Below, piece by piece: positions 9,405 through 19,884 of a stretch of 58,848 nucleotides of DNA. The position numbers were made by a program, and so were the translations under genes. Positions within the stretch are counted from its first letter, which is position 1. Each line of letters starts with the position of its first letter. This stretch comes from Thermoanaerobaculia bacterium (lineage in GTDB: Bacteria > Acidobacteriota > Thermoanaerobaculia > Multivoradales > UBA5704). The DNA lies in assembly GCA_044226625.1 (NCBI GenBank), contig JBGAGQ010000038.1, positions 1 through 58,848 of the forward strand. Reading direction: 5' to 3'. A model generated the notes under the pieces. The model worked only from the letters and a program-made list of their open reading frames with translations, made no database searches and had not been told where the DNA came from.

Positions 9405-9875
9405 ATGAAGCTGCTCGGTCATCCCGTCCATCCGATGCTGGTCGTCTTCCCTCTAGGGCTCCTCGGCACGTCGGTCGTTTTCGACATCGCGCGCTGGGTG
9501 ACCGCATACGAAATGTGGGCTTTGATGGCGTATTACCTGATCGCCGTGGGCCTGCTCTCGGGTCTGCTCGCCGCGCCCTTCGGGTTGATCGACTGGTGGG
9601 GGCTCCCCGCGGGCACGAGGGCACGGCGAATCGGACTGATCCATGGCTGCGTCAACCTCGGGGCGATGGCGCTGTTCCTGATCAGCTGGCTGCTGCGTCG
9701 CGACGTTCCCACGTCTCCGGGCGGAACCGAGGTCGGTTTCTCCGTCGCGGGCCTGGCCCTGGCGCTCGTCGGGAGCTGGCTGGGCGGGGAGATGGTCAAC
9801 CGGCTCGGCGTCGGCGTCGACGAAGGAGCGCACCTCGATGCGCCGAATTCGCTCACCGGTCCGGTGCGGCGCTGA
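9405..9875 (+). CDS. DUF2231-family membrane protein
   Basis: GAGGAG RBS; GHPVHPMLVVFPLGL, GLIDW, IHG..N, GSWLGGEMV..LGVGV. Confidence 0.85.
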   Translation: MKLLGHPVHPMLVVFPLGLLGTSVVFDIARWVTAYEMWALMAYYLIAVGLLSGLLAAPFGLIDWWGLPAGTRARRIGLIHGCVNLGAMALFLISWLLRRDVPTSPGGTEVGFSVAGLALALVGSWLGGEMVNRLGVGVDEGAHLDAPNSLTGPVRR

Positions 9876-9990
9876 ACGAACGCGCTGTCGGCGGGTTTCT
9901 GGAGGATTTCCATTGGGACTCCAGCGTGTTCGGGCCCTACGGGTGGACAGCCGCTGAGAGTCTCGAATACTGCGGGGAGGAGCTTGGGGG

Positions 9991-10006
9991 TGGCATCCAT
10001 ATTGCC
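9991..10006 (+). promoter_or_regulatory. Putative sigma54 -24/-12 promoter
   Basis: TGGCATCCATATTGCC = TGGCA-N6-TTGC, about 38 nt upstream of ATG 10044. Confidence 0.65.
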
Positions 10007-10043
10007 CCTCGTCCGGACGTGGCAACTACTTCAGGAGATCCCC

Positions 10044-10592
10044 ATGAGCCAGAAAAGACGGATAAACACCAAGGGTTCGAGCATGGTCGCCGCCGCGGCT
10101 TTCGTAGTGTTAGCCGCCGCTTCCACTGCGCAGATGCAGCATGACAGCGGTCTTTCGGCCTCCGATCAAAAATTCCTTCGCGAAGCAGCGCAGGGAGGTA
10201 TGGCGGAAGTGGAGCTCGGCCGCCTGGCGACCGAGAAGGCGGCCAGCACGGACGTGAAGAGCTTCGGCCAGCAGATGGTCGACGACCACGGGAAGGCCAA
10301 CGACCGCTTGAAGGCTCTGGCTACCGCCAAGTCTTTCGATCTGCCGGACGGCATGAGCCCGGAACAGAAGCAGATGCGGGACAAGCTCTCGAACCTGTCC
10401 GGCGCTTCATTCGACCGCGAGTACATGAAGCACATGGTGATGGACCATAAGAAGGATGTCGCCGAATTCGAAAAGGAAAGCCAAGGGGCGAAGGACGCCG
10501 AGGTCAAAGCGTTCGCGACCTCCACCTTGCCGACGCTCAAGGATCACCTGAAGATGGCTCAGGAGGTGGCCCCGAAGGTCGGGGCTCGCTAA
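10044..10592 (+). CDS. DUF4142 domain secreted ferritin-like protein
   Basis: AGGAG RBS; signal peptide; D.KFL.EAAQGGMAEVELG.LA, MVDDHGKAN, FDREY..HMV.DH, LPTL..HL.MA. Confidence 0.88.
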   Translation: MSQKRRINTKGSSMVAAAAFVVLAAASTAQMQHDSGLSASDQKFLREAAQGGMAEVELGRLATEKAASTDVKSFGQQMVDDHGKANDRLKALATAKSFDLPDGMSPEQKQMRDKLSNLSGASFDREYMKHMVMDHKKDVAEFEKESQGAKDAEVKAFATSTLPTLKDHLKMAQEVAPKVGAR

Positions 10593-10803
10593 GAGGCTAC
10601 GGGATCGTCCCCCGGGTTCGCCGGGCTCGTTTCGCCCGTTTCGTGGCGAGCGGGCCTGGCGAGCCATTAGGGAAGAATCCCGCGCCGATTGCCCCTGGCA
10701 TTGGCGAGGGAACGATCGGATCGAGAGCTAGAGTTTGCAAAGAGTGCGCAAACTGTGATCCATTCCGGTTGCGAGGTTTTTGAGGTCTACCTTGGAGACG
10801 TCC

Positions 10804-13610
10804 ATGCCGGCCGACGGATCCGCCACCGCCTCATCGGAAGAAGGAACGATTGCTCCCATGCATTCGCGTGGCGAACCGGGTGCGCAGGATGGGCAGTCCC
10901 CCTTTCCGATCGTCGGGATCGGCGCCTCGGCCGGGGGTCTTGAGACCTTTACGGCGCTTTTGAAACATCTTTCGCCCCAGATCGGCATGGCTTACGTGCT
11001 GGTCCAGCATCTGGACCCTACACACGAGAGCCACCTGGCGGACCTCCTGGGGAAGGCGACCTTGATGCCGGTCCTTACGGCGACCCACGGGCTGGCGGTC
11101 CGCCCGAATCACGTGTACGTCATTCCGCCGAACACGAATCTGGCGATCTCGCGCGGGCTGCTTCACCTCACGCCCCGACCGATGGAGAGGGGGCCCCACC
11201 TTCCCGTCGATTTCCTCTTGCGGTCGCTCGCCGAGGAGCAGCAGAGCAAGGCGATCGCGGTGATCCTTTCGGGGTCTGGGTCGGACGGTACGCTCGGGTT
11301 GTGCGAGGTCAAGGCGGTGGGGGGGATCACGTTCGCTCAGGACGAGCGTTCGGCCAAGCATGCTTCGATGCCCCAATCCGCGATCGACAGCGGTTGCGTC
11401 GACTTCGTCATGAATCCGGAGGAGATCGCGGATCGATTGGCCGAAATCGGCGGTCATCCTTACCTGAAATCCGAACGGAAAGCCGAGCCGAGCGAACAAG
11501 AGCTGGAGCCGGCGTTCCGTAAGATCCTTGGCATCGTGCGTGCCGTAATGGGGGTCGATTTCAGTCTCTACCGGACACTACGATCCGCCGCCGGATCATG
11601 CGCCGCATGGCGTTGCACTCCGATCGTTCGTGGTCCGACTATGCGCGCCGCCTCCAGGAGAACCAACCCGAGGTCGAGGCGCTCTATCACGATCTCCTGA
11701 TCAACGTGACGAGCTTCTTCCGCAACCCCGAGCTCTTCGACGCGCTCCAGGCCAAGGTATACCCGGAGCTGATCAAAGGAAGGTCTCCGACGGCGCCTCT
11801 GCGCCTCTGGGTCCCAGGATGCTCGACCGGACAGGAGGCGTACTCGCTCGCGATCAGCCTGCTCGAGTTCTTCGGCGAGCGGGCACCGCGACCGCCGATT
11901 CAGATCTTCGCTACCGATCTGGCCGATCAGACCGCGCTCGACAAGGCGCGAGCCGGCGTGTACCCCGAAAGCATCGAAGGAGAGGTTTCCCCTGAGCGCT
12001 TGCGACGCTACTTCCAGCGAGAAGACCATATTTACCGGATCAACAAGACGATCCGCGACATGTGCGTGTTCGCTCGCCAGAATGTCACCACGGATCCGCC
12101 GTTCTCCCACGTCGACTTGATCAGCTGCCGCAACGTCCTGATCTATCTGTCGACCCCGCTGCAAAAACGGGTCTTGCCCACCTTCCATTACGCCTTGAAC
12201 GTGCCGGGCTTCTTGGTCCTCGGAACCGCCGAGACGGTCGGGGAGAACGCCGACCTGTTCGAGCTCGTGGACCGCGGCTACAAGATCTATTCGAAAAAGG
12301 TCACCCCGGCTCGGGTATCGACCTTCCTCGGATTCGAGCGGAGCGCGGAGGTGGAGATCTACGCTGCGAGGCGTTACGGAGCCGCGACCCCGACGCCCGC
12401 CGACTTCCAGCGTGAGGCGGACCGCCTTGTGCTGCGCCGGTATGCGCCGCCCGGCGTCCTGGTGGACGAGAATCACGACGTCGTCCAGTTTCGCGGGCGC
12501 ACGAGCGCGTTCCTGGAGGTACCGTCGGGAGAGCCGACGACCAACGTGCTCAAGATGGCGCGTGAAGGGCTATTCCTCGAGCTGCGAGGAGCGCTCGCCG
12601 ATGCGAGGCGGTCGAATGAGCCCGTGTTCCGTCGGGGAGTGCGTGTGCGTTCGGAGGACGGGATCCGCGAAGTGGCTCTCGAAGTGATCCCGGTGCGTCC
12701 ACCGGGAGGAGGCGAAGGATGTTTGCTGATCCTTTTCGACGATGGATCGATCCGGCCCGCGGCGGGCGACAGGGTTGCCGCTCTGACTCCACCGGAATCG
12801 GTCGGCACGGTGGACGGGGGCGTCCGCGGATCTGGATCCGATGGCGAAGGAGAGCTGGCTCGCCTGCGCCAGGAGCTTGCCGCGACGAAGGAATACCTCC
12901 AGTCCCTGGTCGAGCAACAGGATGCGGCAAACGAGGAGCTGCGCTCGGCGAACGAGGAGATTCTCTCGAGCAATGAAGAGCTGCAGAGCACGAACGAGGA
13001 ACTGGAAACTGCGAAGGAAGAGCTTCAATCGGTCAACGAGGAGCTCACCACGGTCAACGAACAGTTGCAGAACAGCAACGTCGGATTGACGCGACTCACC
13101 GACGACCTGACCAACCTGATGACGAGCACCCAGATCCCCGTCGTGATGGTCGGCGGAGACCTCAGGATCCGTCGGTTCACCGCGGCGGCAGCCCAGATGA
13201 TGAGCCTCCTGCCCGGCGACGTCGGACGTTTGATCCGCGACCTGAACCCGTTGATCCAGGTGGCCGACCTGGACGCGCTGATCGCCGAGGTCATCGACCG
13301 CACGCGACCGGAGGAACGGGAGGTTCGCGATCGCGAAGGCCGTTGGTACAGGTTGCGCGTCTCTCCCTACCGCACGGGAGACGGCAAGATCGAAGGCGCG
13401 GTGCTCGTCCTGATGGACATCGACCAGATTCGCCGCACGCAAGAGGATCTCTCTCGCCACGTGGCGCTCCTGGACCTTTCCCTCGACGCGATCGTCGTGC
13501 GCGATGGGGAGAACGTAGTCACCTATTGGAATCGTGGCGCGCAGGTAATGTACGGCTGGTCTGCTCGGCACGCCTCCGGAGGACTGGGCCGAGCTCAACG
13601 AGCAGCTCGA
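10804..13610 (+). pseudogene. CheB/CheR-PAS fusion (chemotaxis-like sensor), frameshifted at about 11573 and truncated in the second PAS domain
   Basis: CheB motifs VGIGASAGGLE, VQHLDP, LSGSGSDG. CheR motifs INVTSFFR, WVPGCSTGQEAYS, DLISCRNVLIY. Coiled coil NEELQS repeats and PAS follow. The frame breaks at CTCTACCGGACACTACG (LYR-DTTIRRR needs one extra G); the kinase/receiver part is absent. Confidence 0.8.
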
Positions 13611-14095
13611 GCGCTGATCAACGTCGGGAGCGAATGTCGGAAGCCGTGGTTCCGTATCAGGGGATGTATTCCGCGACCAAGCATGCGGTCAAGGGATTCA
13701 CCGACTCGCTCCGGGTCGAGATCTCCGAGGTTGACGGCTGGCCGGTCTCGATCACCCTGATCCAACCGACGGCGGTCGATACGCCATTTCCTCAACACGC
13801 GCGGAATTACATGCCGTGCGAGCCGAAGCTGCCCGATCCGAAGATCGAGCCGGACAAGGTCGCCGAGGCGATCCTCGACGCCGCCGAGAAGCCGCAGCGT
13901 AACGTGAAGGTCGGCTCGGTATCGGCCCTCAACACGATGATGTGGAATCTGGCGCCGTCGATCGCGGAGGGGATGTCCGCCAAGCAAGCCGACCGCCAGC
14001 ACTACGAGGAGGCACCGCGCAATCCGGAGGGAATCCTCTTCACTCCAGGCGAGGACGGCCGAACCCACGGTCCGGGCGGCGTCGAGAAAGAGTGA
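13611..14095 (+). pseudogene. C-terminal half of an SDR oxidoreductase (N-terminal Rossmann fold missing; internal frameshift)
   Basis: ALINVGSE / SEAVVPYQGMYSATKHAVKGFTDSLRVE (YxxxK) lie in different frames; no TGxxxGxG N-terminus. Confidence 0.75.
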
Positions 14096-14108
14096 GAGGG
14101 GCGAATCG

Positions 14109-14297
14109 ATGAAAGCGCTCACCTATCAAGGCAGCAAAGACGTCCGCGTCGAGAACGTTCTCCATCCGAAGATCCAGGATCCTGGCGACATTTTGTTACG
14201 CGTGACCGCAACGGCGATCTGCGGCTCGGACCTTCACATCTATCGCGGAAAGATGGAAGACGGCGACATCCTCGGCCACGAGTTCAATGAAACTTGA
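14109..14297 (+). pseudogene. N-terminal fragment of a Zn-dependent alcohol/formaldehyde dehydrogenase
   Basis: [33 protein letters not shown], then a stop after 62 aa. Confidence 0.8.
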
Positions 14298-14323
14298 AGG
14301 CTCGAGCGGTGGTGCTGACGCCG

Positions 14324-16195
14324 CTACCGTCCGCGCAGCCGAAGTGACGCTCCTAGCTGGATCATGCGCGGGGCACCGAGGTTTTCGAGGGGCGTTCGAC
14401 CGGTGACGACTTTTTCGTCGAAGAGGTTCTGGATCGAGAGGGTCACCGCGATCCTCTCGTGCACGTTGCGGCGCAACGAGAGATCGGCGACGAGGTACGG
14501 ATCCAAGCGAAGCTGGTTCTGATCGTCCTCGAACTGCGAGCCGGCGCCCCGCGCTTGGAAGGAGACGAGCACGGGACCATTCCACGCGAGGGCGAGCGAG
14601 GCCTGCTGTTCCGGAACCTGGGGAACCCGCAATCCCGTCCGTTGGCGGGCACGGCTGTAGAGGTAGGACGCCCGTGCTTGCCAATTCGAACGGAGTCGCA
14701 TCGAAAGCTCCGACTCGAAACCGTAGAGGTCGATCCGGTCCAGATTCCTCCGCTGGCGGAGGATCCTTTGCGGATCGACCGAAATCGTCACGTTCCCGAT
14801 GCCGTGGCTCAACCGATTCCGAAAGACGTTCGCGTGCCAGGTGAGCCCGGAACCCGCCGTGAGGTCGACGCCCAGCTCGGCGCCGACGAGGCTCTCTTCC
14901 CCGAGGTCGGGATTGTTCAGGGTCTCGACGTTGCCGACGCGAAAGGGGCGGTAAAGCTCGTTGAGCGTCGGCGCTCGAAAGCCCCTATAGGCCGACGCTC
15001 GAAGGAGGACGGACTCGGACGCCCTGTAGACCAGGCCAAGCCGCGGATTGAAGCTCGATAGGATCTCCTCGCTGCGCCAGCCGTCGAGCCGAGCTCCCCA
15101 GCTGAAATCCAACCTTGAGGTCGGGCTCCAGGTGTCTTGAAAGTAAATCCCGCCGAAGGTCTGGCGCCGCTCGGTCCAGGACGTGCGGCGCAGATCGCCG
15201 CCGATCAGCGCGCCTCCCTCAAACCGTCGGGAGGCCGAGCCGCCCCAATCCTCGAGGCGGACGTCCTGTTCTGCCGTGAGGAATTCTTCCTTTCGGTTCG
15301 GAAGGACGCGCGAGAACGTGCTGTCGAAACGTTGCCTCTGTCCGTAGACGTCCCACCGCCAGCGGGAGCCGTCGAATCCGCCGGCGACCGAGCCGAGCCG
15401 CGTCTCATTCCGCTGGAGGGCGGTGCCGTTGTTCCGCCGCTCCTGAAAGGCGTTCAGGCTGACGTGATAGCCGCCGATCCGCAGGATGCCGTAGAGAGTG
15501 TCGAAATCGACCCCCGCCGGTCGATCGACCGCACCGCGGTCCGTGGGCGAGAGGACGAAGAAGCCATCCGTTTCGAACGCGCGGCCGGCCAGGCTCCAGC
15601 TCCAGGGACGCCCGCCGTTGGAGCGATCGGCGGCGAAGACTTGAGCATCTCGGGTTCCTCGATCCCCGAAGGCGATCGATCCCAACACCGACGCCGGCTC
15701 CGGCAGGCGGGGAAGGAGCTGGATGACGCCTCCCATCGCGGCGCTGCCGAACCATTGGGAGAGGGAGCCGCGAGCGATCTCTACCTTCTCGAGCGCGAGC
15801 GGCGGCACTCGGTTCCAGTAGACCCAGCCACCGAACGGATCGTTGAGGGGCGACCCTTCGAGAAGCACCAGCGTGCGGCTCGCTCCGCTCGCGCCCAGAC
15901 CGCGCAGGGAGATCCCCTGGGAGGTCGGGTGCGCCGAAAGGCTGCTGGAGCGGCGCAGGAGACTGAGCCCCGGCACCTGACGAAGCTGCTCATCGAGGGT
16001 CGGAACGGACGATCGCGCGATCGTCTCGGAGTCGAGGACGGTAGTCGAAGCCGCCTCGTCGACCACCCGTACCTCGTCGCGCGAGCCGGACACCACGAAC
16101 GTCTCGGAGAAGCGGGGATCCACCGGCGACGGGGCCGGAGCTCCGTACATCCCGACCCAAAGGGCGAGCTGGGCGAAGCTCACGGCGAGGGACAT
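14324..16195 (-). CDS. TonB-dependent receptor
   Basis: Signal-like N-terminus; TonB-box-like ETFVVSG; plug SLRGLG...RTLVLLEG.PLND; FRAPTLNELY; NLFD; C-terminal beta strand. Alternative upstream start at 16300. Confidence 0.85.
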   Translation of the reverse strand: MSLAVSFAQLALWVGMYGAPAPSPVDPRFSETFVVSGSRDEVRVVDEAASTTVLDSETIARSSVPTLDEQLRQVPGLSLLRRSSSLSAHPTSQGISLRGLGASGASRTLVLLEGSPLNDPFGGWVYWNRVPPLALEKVEIARGSLSQWFGSAAMGGVIQLLPRLPEPASVLGSIAFGDRGTRDAQVFAADRSNGGRPWSWSLAGRAFETDGFFVLSPTDRGAVDRPAGVDFDTLYGILRIGGYHVSLNAFQERRNNGTALQRNETRLGSVAGGFDGSRWRWDVYGQRQRFDSTFSRVLPNRKEEFLTAEQDVRLEDWGGSASRRFEGGALIGGDLRRTSWTERRQTFGGIYFQDTWSPTSRLDFSWGARLDGWRSEEILSSFNPRLGLVYRASESVLLRASAYRGFRAPTLNELYRPFRVGNVETLNNPDLGEESLVGAELGVDLTAGSGLTWHANVFRNRLSHGIGNVTISVDPQRILRQRRNLDRIDLYGFESELSMRLRSNWQARASYLYSRARQRTGLRVPQVPEQQASLALAWNGPVLVSFQARGAGSQFEDDQNQLRLDPYLVADLSLRRNVHERIAVTLSIQNLFDEKVVTGRTPLENLGAPRMIQLGASLRLRGR

Positions 16196-16235
16196 GCCGA
16201 GGACGACCCCTCCTCTTCCGGCTCTGCGACGCGGT

Positions 16236-17447
16236 TTATGCGGCCCGTGGGACGCCGAGCGCCGGGATCGAGCCGACCGGCCAGAGGCGGGATTTCGCAT
16301 CGATCAAGGCCGACATGCGTCGCCACGTCTCGTCCCAGGAGCTCCCGGCGAGATGACGGTCGACCTGGGCGAGCCAGTTCTCCCGATCGCGGTCGGCGAG
16401 GCATCGTTCGATCGCCTCGGCGAACTCGCCGGCATCGAGCCCGATCTCGACCAGGCCTCGCCGTCCGTAGGTGTCCACGACGTCGCGCACCGGCGTCGAG
16501 ACGACGCGTCGGCCGCCGGCGAGATACTCCGGCGTCTTCGTCGGGCTGATGAAACGGGTGGATTCGTTGGCGGCGAAGGGAAGCAGCGCGACATCCCACC
16601 CGGCGAGGTAGGCGGGCAGCTCGGCATAGGGCTTGGCGCCCAGATAATGGATGTTCGCGGCCCGCGGCAGTGTCGAGGGATCGATCTTCACCACGGGTCC
16701 GATCAGCACCACCTGCCACTGCGGATTGGCGGCGGCGAGATCGCCGATCAGATCGCGGTCGAAGCGCTCGTCGATGACGCCGAAGAAGCCGAGTCGAGGC
16801 CGCGGGATCGTCGCCTGGTCGGCCGGCTCGGCCGCCCCTTCGAGCGCGCGCGCCCGGCCGAAATGCTGCGCGTCGATGCTGCTCGGAAACAGATGGACGG
16901 AGGAATGCCGGCGACGCTTCGCCTCGAACATCGAAGGCCCGCCCGCGAACACGAGGTCGGCGCACGAGAGAAGCCTCTGCTCCCTTTCCAGGAGCTCGAT
17001 CGGAGCGCCGGCGAAGAGCGAGAGCTCGTCCATGCAGTCGTAGACCACGACCTCCGGCTCGAGCCCGGTGGCCCAGGGGAGCGCCATCGGTGTCCAGGTC
17101 CAGAGGATCGGCCGCGAGATGGCATGTTCCCTCGCAAACTCGGCGAGCAGATCGGCGATCGCGCGATCGGCGGCGTCGAAGTCGCGGCAGAGCGTGTCGG
17201 GGAGGTGGGGGACGGCGACGGTAACCCCTTCGGGCCGCGGGCTCGTCTCGAGACGCGGAGCGGAACCGTCGTCATGCCAGAGCGGCTCCTCGACGAAAAG
17301 GACGCGGCGTTCTCGAGCACAGCGGGTCATCAGATGTTGCGGGCGTTGGGTGACGAAATCCCAACGGAGGTGAGACAGGGCGACGAGGTCGCGCTCGATC
17401 GCAACCGCACTGCCGTTGGAGCGGTGGAGCTCAGCCGATGTGTGCAT
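16236..17447 (-). CDS. Glycosyltransferase (GT-B, GT4-like) associated with UDP-galactopyranose mutase
   Basis: SHLRWDFVTQRPQHLM, VYDCMDELS, GFFGVIDER, FISPTKTPEYLAGG; AGGAGG RBS before ATG 17447. Confidence 0.88.
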   Translation of the reverse strand: MHTSAELHRSNGSAVAIERDLVALSHLRWDFVTQRPQHLMTRCARERRVLFVEEPLWHDDGSAPRLETSPRPEGVTVAVPHLPDTLCRDFDAADRAIADLLAEFAREHAISRPILWTWTPMALPWATGLEPEVVVYDCMDELSLFAGAPIELLEREQRLLSCADLVFAGGPSMFEAKRRRHSSVHLFPSSIDAQHFGRARALEGAAEPADQATIPRPRLGFFGVIDERFDRDLIGDLAAANPQWQVVLIGPVVKIDPSTLPRAANIHYLGAKPYAELPAYLAGWDVALLPFAANESTRFISPTKTPEYLAGGRRVVSTPVRDVVDTYGRRGLVEIGLDAGEFAEAIERCLADRDRENWLAQVDRHLAGSSWDETWRRMSALIDAKSRLWPVGSIPALGVPRAA

Positions 17448-18663
17448 GACGATCCTCCTGGGCGGAATGAAAGATCGATTCGTAGGGTGACTCGGCAGGA
17501 ACCGAGGGGAGCGGGGAGAGAAGGCTTTCGTCGGCGAACAGGGCTTGTTGGCGAGCGACCTCGAGGGCGAGCGGCTCGTAGAGCTCTCGATGCCCTCGAT
17601 CGTCGGCGGTGCCCCAGAGGCCGGTCCGGCAAGATCGGTCGTCGTCCCAGCCGGGATAGTCGAGGATCGGGTAGAGGCAGATCCCGTCGATCGGGATTCC
17701 CCGGCGCATCGCAGCTCGGACCTCGTCGCCGACGTAGGCGAGCCAGCTCGCGCGGCGGTCCCCTTCCGCCCCGGTCTCGGTGAGGACCAAGCGCCGGCCA
17801 TAGCGCGAGTGGACGTTCGCGAGCAGCCGACGGAGGGACCGGTAGTGCGGCTCTCCGGGATCGAGCTGGCGACCTCCGAGGACCCACTGGTTGTGCGGGT
17901 AGAAGTTCACCCCGACCCAATCGATACAGCGTTCGTTACCGCCGAGCTCGGGCCAGAGGCGTCCGGAGATCGCGTCCAGCGCTTCGAACTGGGCTCGGCG
18001 AAAACCGGCGGCCGCGTCAACGTCCTCCGGTAGCTCGGTGGGAGCGGCAACGTGGATCAGCGGCTCGCAATGGAGGATGCGCGCGGCCGAATCGACCTCC
18101 CGCACCGCATCGATCGCGGCCAAGGCTGCGCGCACCAGCTGCCTCTTGAGCTCACGTCCGCGCTGGAAGCCGAAAGGATTCATGCAGGCGGCGTCGCCAC
18201 CCGCCCAGCCCCAGTAGGAGATCTCGTTGACGGGGGTATAGATCGGCGGCTCGTCGGTTTCGTCGGCGAGGACCCGCGCCACCGCCCGCGCGTACCGGGC
18301 GAAGGCGCGGACGAAATCCCCGCTCCAGAGATCGAGCCCGTCGGGCCAACCGAAATGGCAGAGGTCCCAGATCACCTGGACTCCGGTCTCTCTCGCGGCG
18401 ACTACGCGAGACCGCAGCGCCGAGAGGTCGAAACCGAAGGGTGTCCTCGCTGCGCGAGGCCACGAGACCGAATCTCGGGCGGCCGAAAAGCCGTGGGCGA
18501 CGAGGCGTCGATAATCCGCCGCGGCGAACCGGTCGTGGCGGGTGGCCGCCACCAGGTCGAGGCGCCGGCCGCCGCCCAATCGATGGCACGACGCCTCGAA
18601 CCCGCCCACCCAGAAGCTTTTCAAGGCACTGGCGGTCGTCGCATGGGAAATCGCGTTTGACAC
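17431..18663 (-). CDS. GH1-like beta-glucosidase-family protein
   Basis: SFW.GGFEAS, WDLCHFGWP, TPVNEIS (acid/base), GVNFY, TETG (nucleophile). Confidence 0.8.
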   Translation of the reverse strand: MSNAISHATTASALKSFWVGGFEASCHRLGGGRRLDLVAATRHDRFAAADYRRLVAHGFSAARDSVSWPRAARTPFGFDLSALRSRVVAARETGVQVIWDLCHFGWPDGLDLWSGDFVRAFARYARAVARVLADETDEPPIYTPVNEISYWGWAGGDAACMNPFGFQRGRELKRQLVRAALAAIDAVREVDSAARILHCEPLIHVAAPTELPEDVDAAAGFRRAQFEALDAISGRLWPELGGNERCIDWVGVNFYPHNQWVLGGRQLDPGEPHYRSLRRLLANVHSRYGRRLVLTETGAEGDRRASWLAYVGDEVRAAMRRGIPIDGICLYPILDYPGWDDDRSCRTGLWGTADDRGHRELYEPLALEVARQQALFADESLLSPLPSVPAESPYESIFHSAQEDRHAHIG

Positions 18664-18664
18664 C

Positions 18665-19831
18665 TTAGGCCACCCGTTCCACCACCGCGGCCGGCAGAAG
18701 AGAGGGGATCGGGAGGTTCGCTCGCGTCGCCTCGGCGCGCCGACGGCCGCAGATCTTGCCGTAGAGCGTGAGCGACTGGGCCACGACCTGATCCATGTTG
18801 TAGTAGCGGTAGGTCGCGAGGCGCCCCGAGAACATGACGTTCGGCGTCGCCTCGGCGAGCGCCTGGTACTTCTGGTAGATCTCCGTGTTCTCCCGGCGCG
18901 GAACCGGGTAGTAGGGATCGCCTTCGTCTTCCGGGTATTCGTAGACCACGCTGGTCTTGGCGTGGCGCTGTCCGGTGAGGTACTTGAACTCGGTCACGCG
19001 GGTGTAGGGATGCTCGTTCGGATAGTTGATCACCGCGGCGGGCTGCGCCTGCGCTTCCGACCAGGTTTCGTGGACGAAGCGGAGGGTCCGGTAGGGAAGC
19101 TTGCCGTACCGCATGTCGAAGAACTCGTCGATCGGCCCGGTATAGATCATCCGCCGATAGGGGATCACGCCGTCGATCTCCCGATAGTCGCAATTCAGGA
19201 GAACCTTGATGTTGGCGTGGTCGAGCATGTTCTCGAACATCCGGGTATAGCCGTGCAACGGCATCGCCTGATAGCGGTCGGTGAAGTACCGGTCGTCGCG
19301 GTTGAGCCGGACCGGGACCCGGGCCGTGACCGAGGCGTCGAGCTCCGAAGGATCGAGGCCCCACTGCTTGCGCGTGTAGCCGCGGAAGAACTTCTCGTAG
19401 AGCTCGCGGCCGACGCGCGAGACCACGACGTCCTCGGAGGTTCGGATCGCCTCGCGAGGCTCGGCGAGCGTGGCGAAGAAACTCTCCAGCTCGCTACTGG
19501 AGAGTCGCAGTCCGTAGAGGTGGTTGATCGTGTCGAGGTTGATCGGGATCGGGACCAGCTGACCGTCGACGCTCGCCTTGACGCGATGCTCGTACGGACG
19601 CCAGGCCGTGAAGCCGGAGAGATACTCGAACACCTCCGTGGAATTGGTGTGGAAGATGTGGGGCCCGTACCGATGGACGAGGATTCCCGCCTCGTCGTAG
19701 TGGTCATACGCGTTGCCGCCGATGTGCGGCCTGCGGTCGACCAAGAGGACCTTGAGGCCCGAGCCCCGCGCGAGGCGCTCCGCCAAGACGCTCCCGGCGA
19801 ACCCCGCTCCTACGATCAGATAGTCGAACAT
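18665..19831 (-). CDS. glf: UDP-galactopyranose mutase
   Basis: IVGAGFAG, HIGGNAYD, HRYGPHIFHT, YT.KQWG, PYYP, GRLATYRYYNMDQ. Confidence 0.95.
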   Translation of the reverse strand: MFDYLIVGAGFAGSVLAERLARGSGLKVLLVDRRPHIGGNAYDHYDEAGILVHRYGPHIFHTNSTEVFEYLSGFTAWRPYEHRVKASVDGQLVPIPINLDTINHLYGLRLSSSELESFFATLAEPREAIRTSEDVVVSRVGRELYEKFFRGYTRKQWGLDPSELDASVTARVPVRLNRDDRYFTDRYQAMPLHGYTRMFENMLDHANIKVLLNCDYREIDGVIPYRRMIYTGPIDEFFDMRYGKLPYRTLRFVHETWSEAQAQPAAVINYPNEHPYTRVTEFKYLTGQRHAKTSVVYEYPEDEGDPYYPVPRRENTEIYQKYQALAEATPNVMFSGRLATYRYYNMDQVVAQSLTLYGKICGRRRAEATRANLPIPSLLPAAVVERVA

Positions 19832-19884
19832 CTAAGACTCCTCGCCGAAACGCTTGCCGGCGCGTGAAGGTGAAGGGCGCCTGC

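Noticed and set aside
11560-11600. Programmed frameshift between CheB and CheR
   Set aside because: No slippery heptamer; a single missing G in a short run explains it, and other indels occur nearby.
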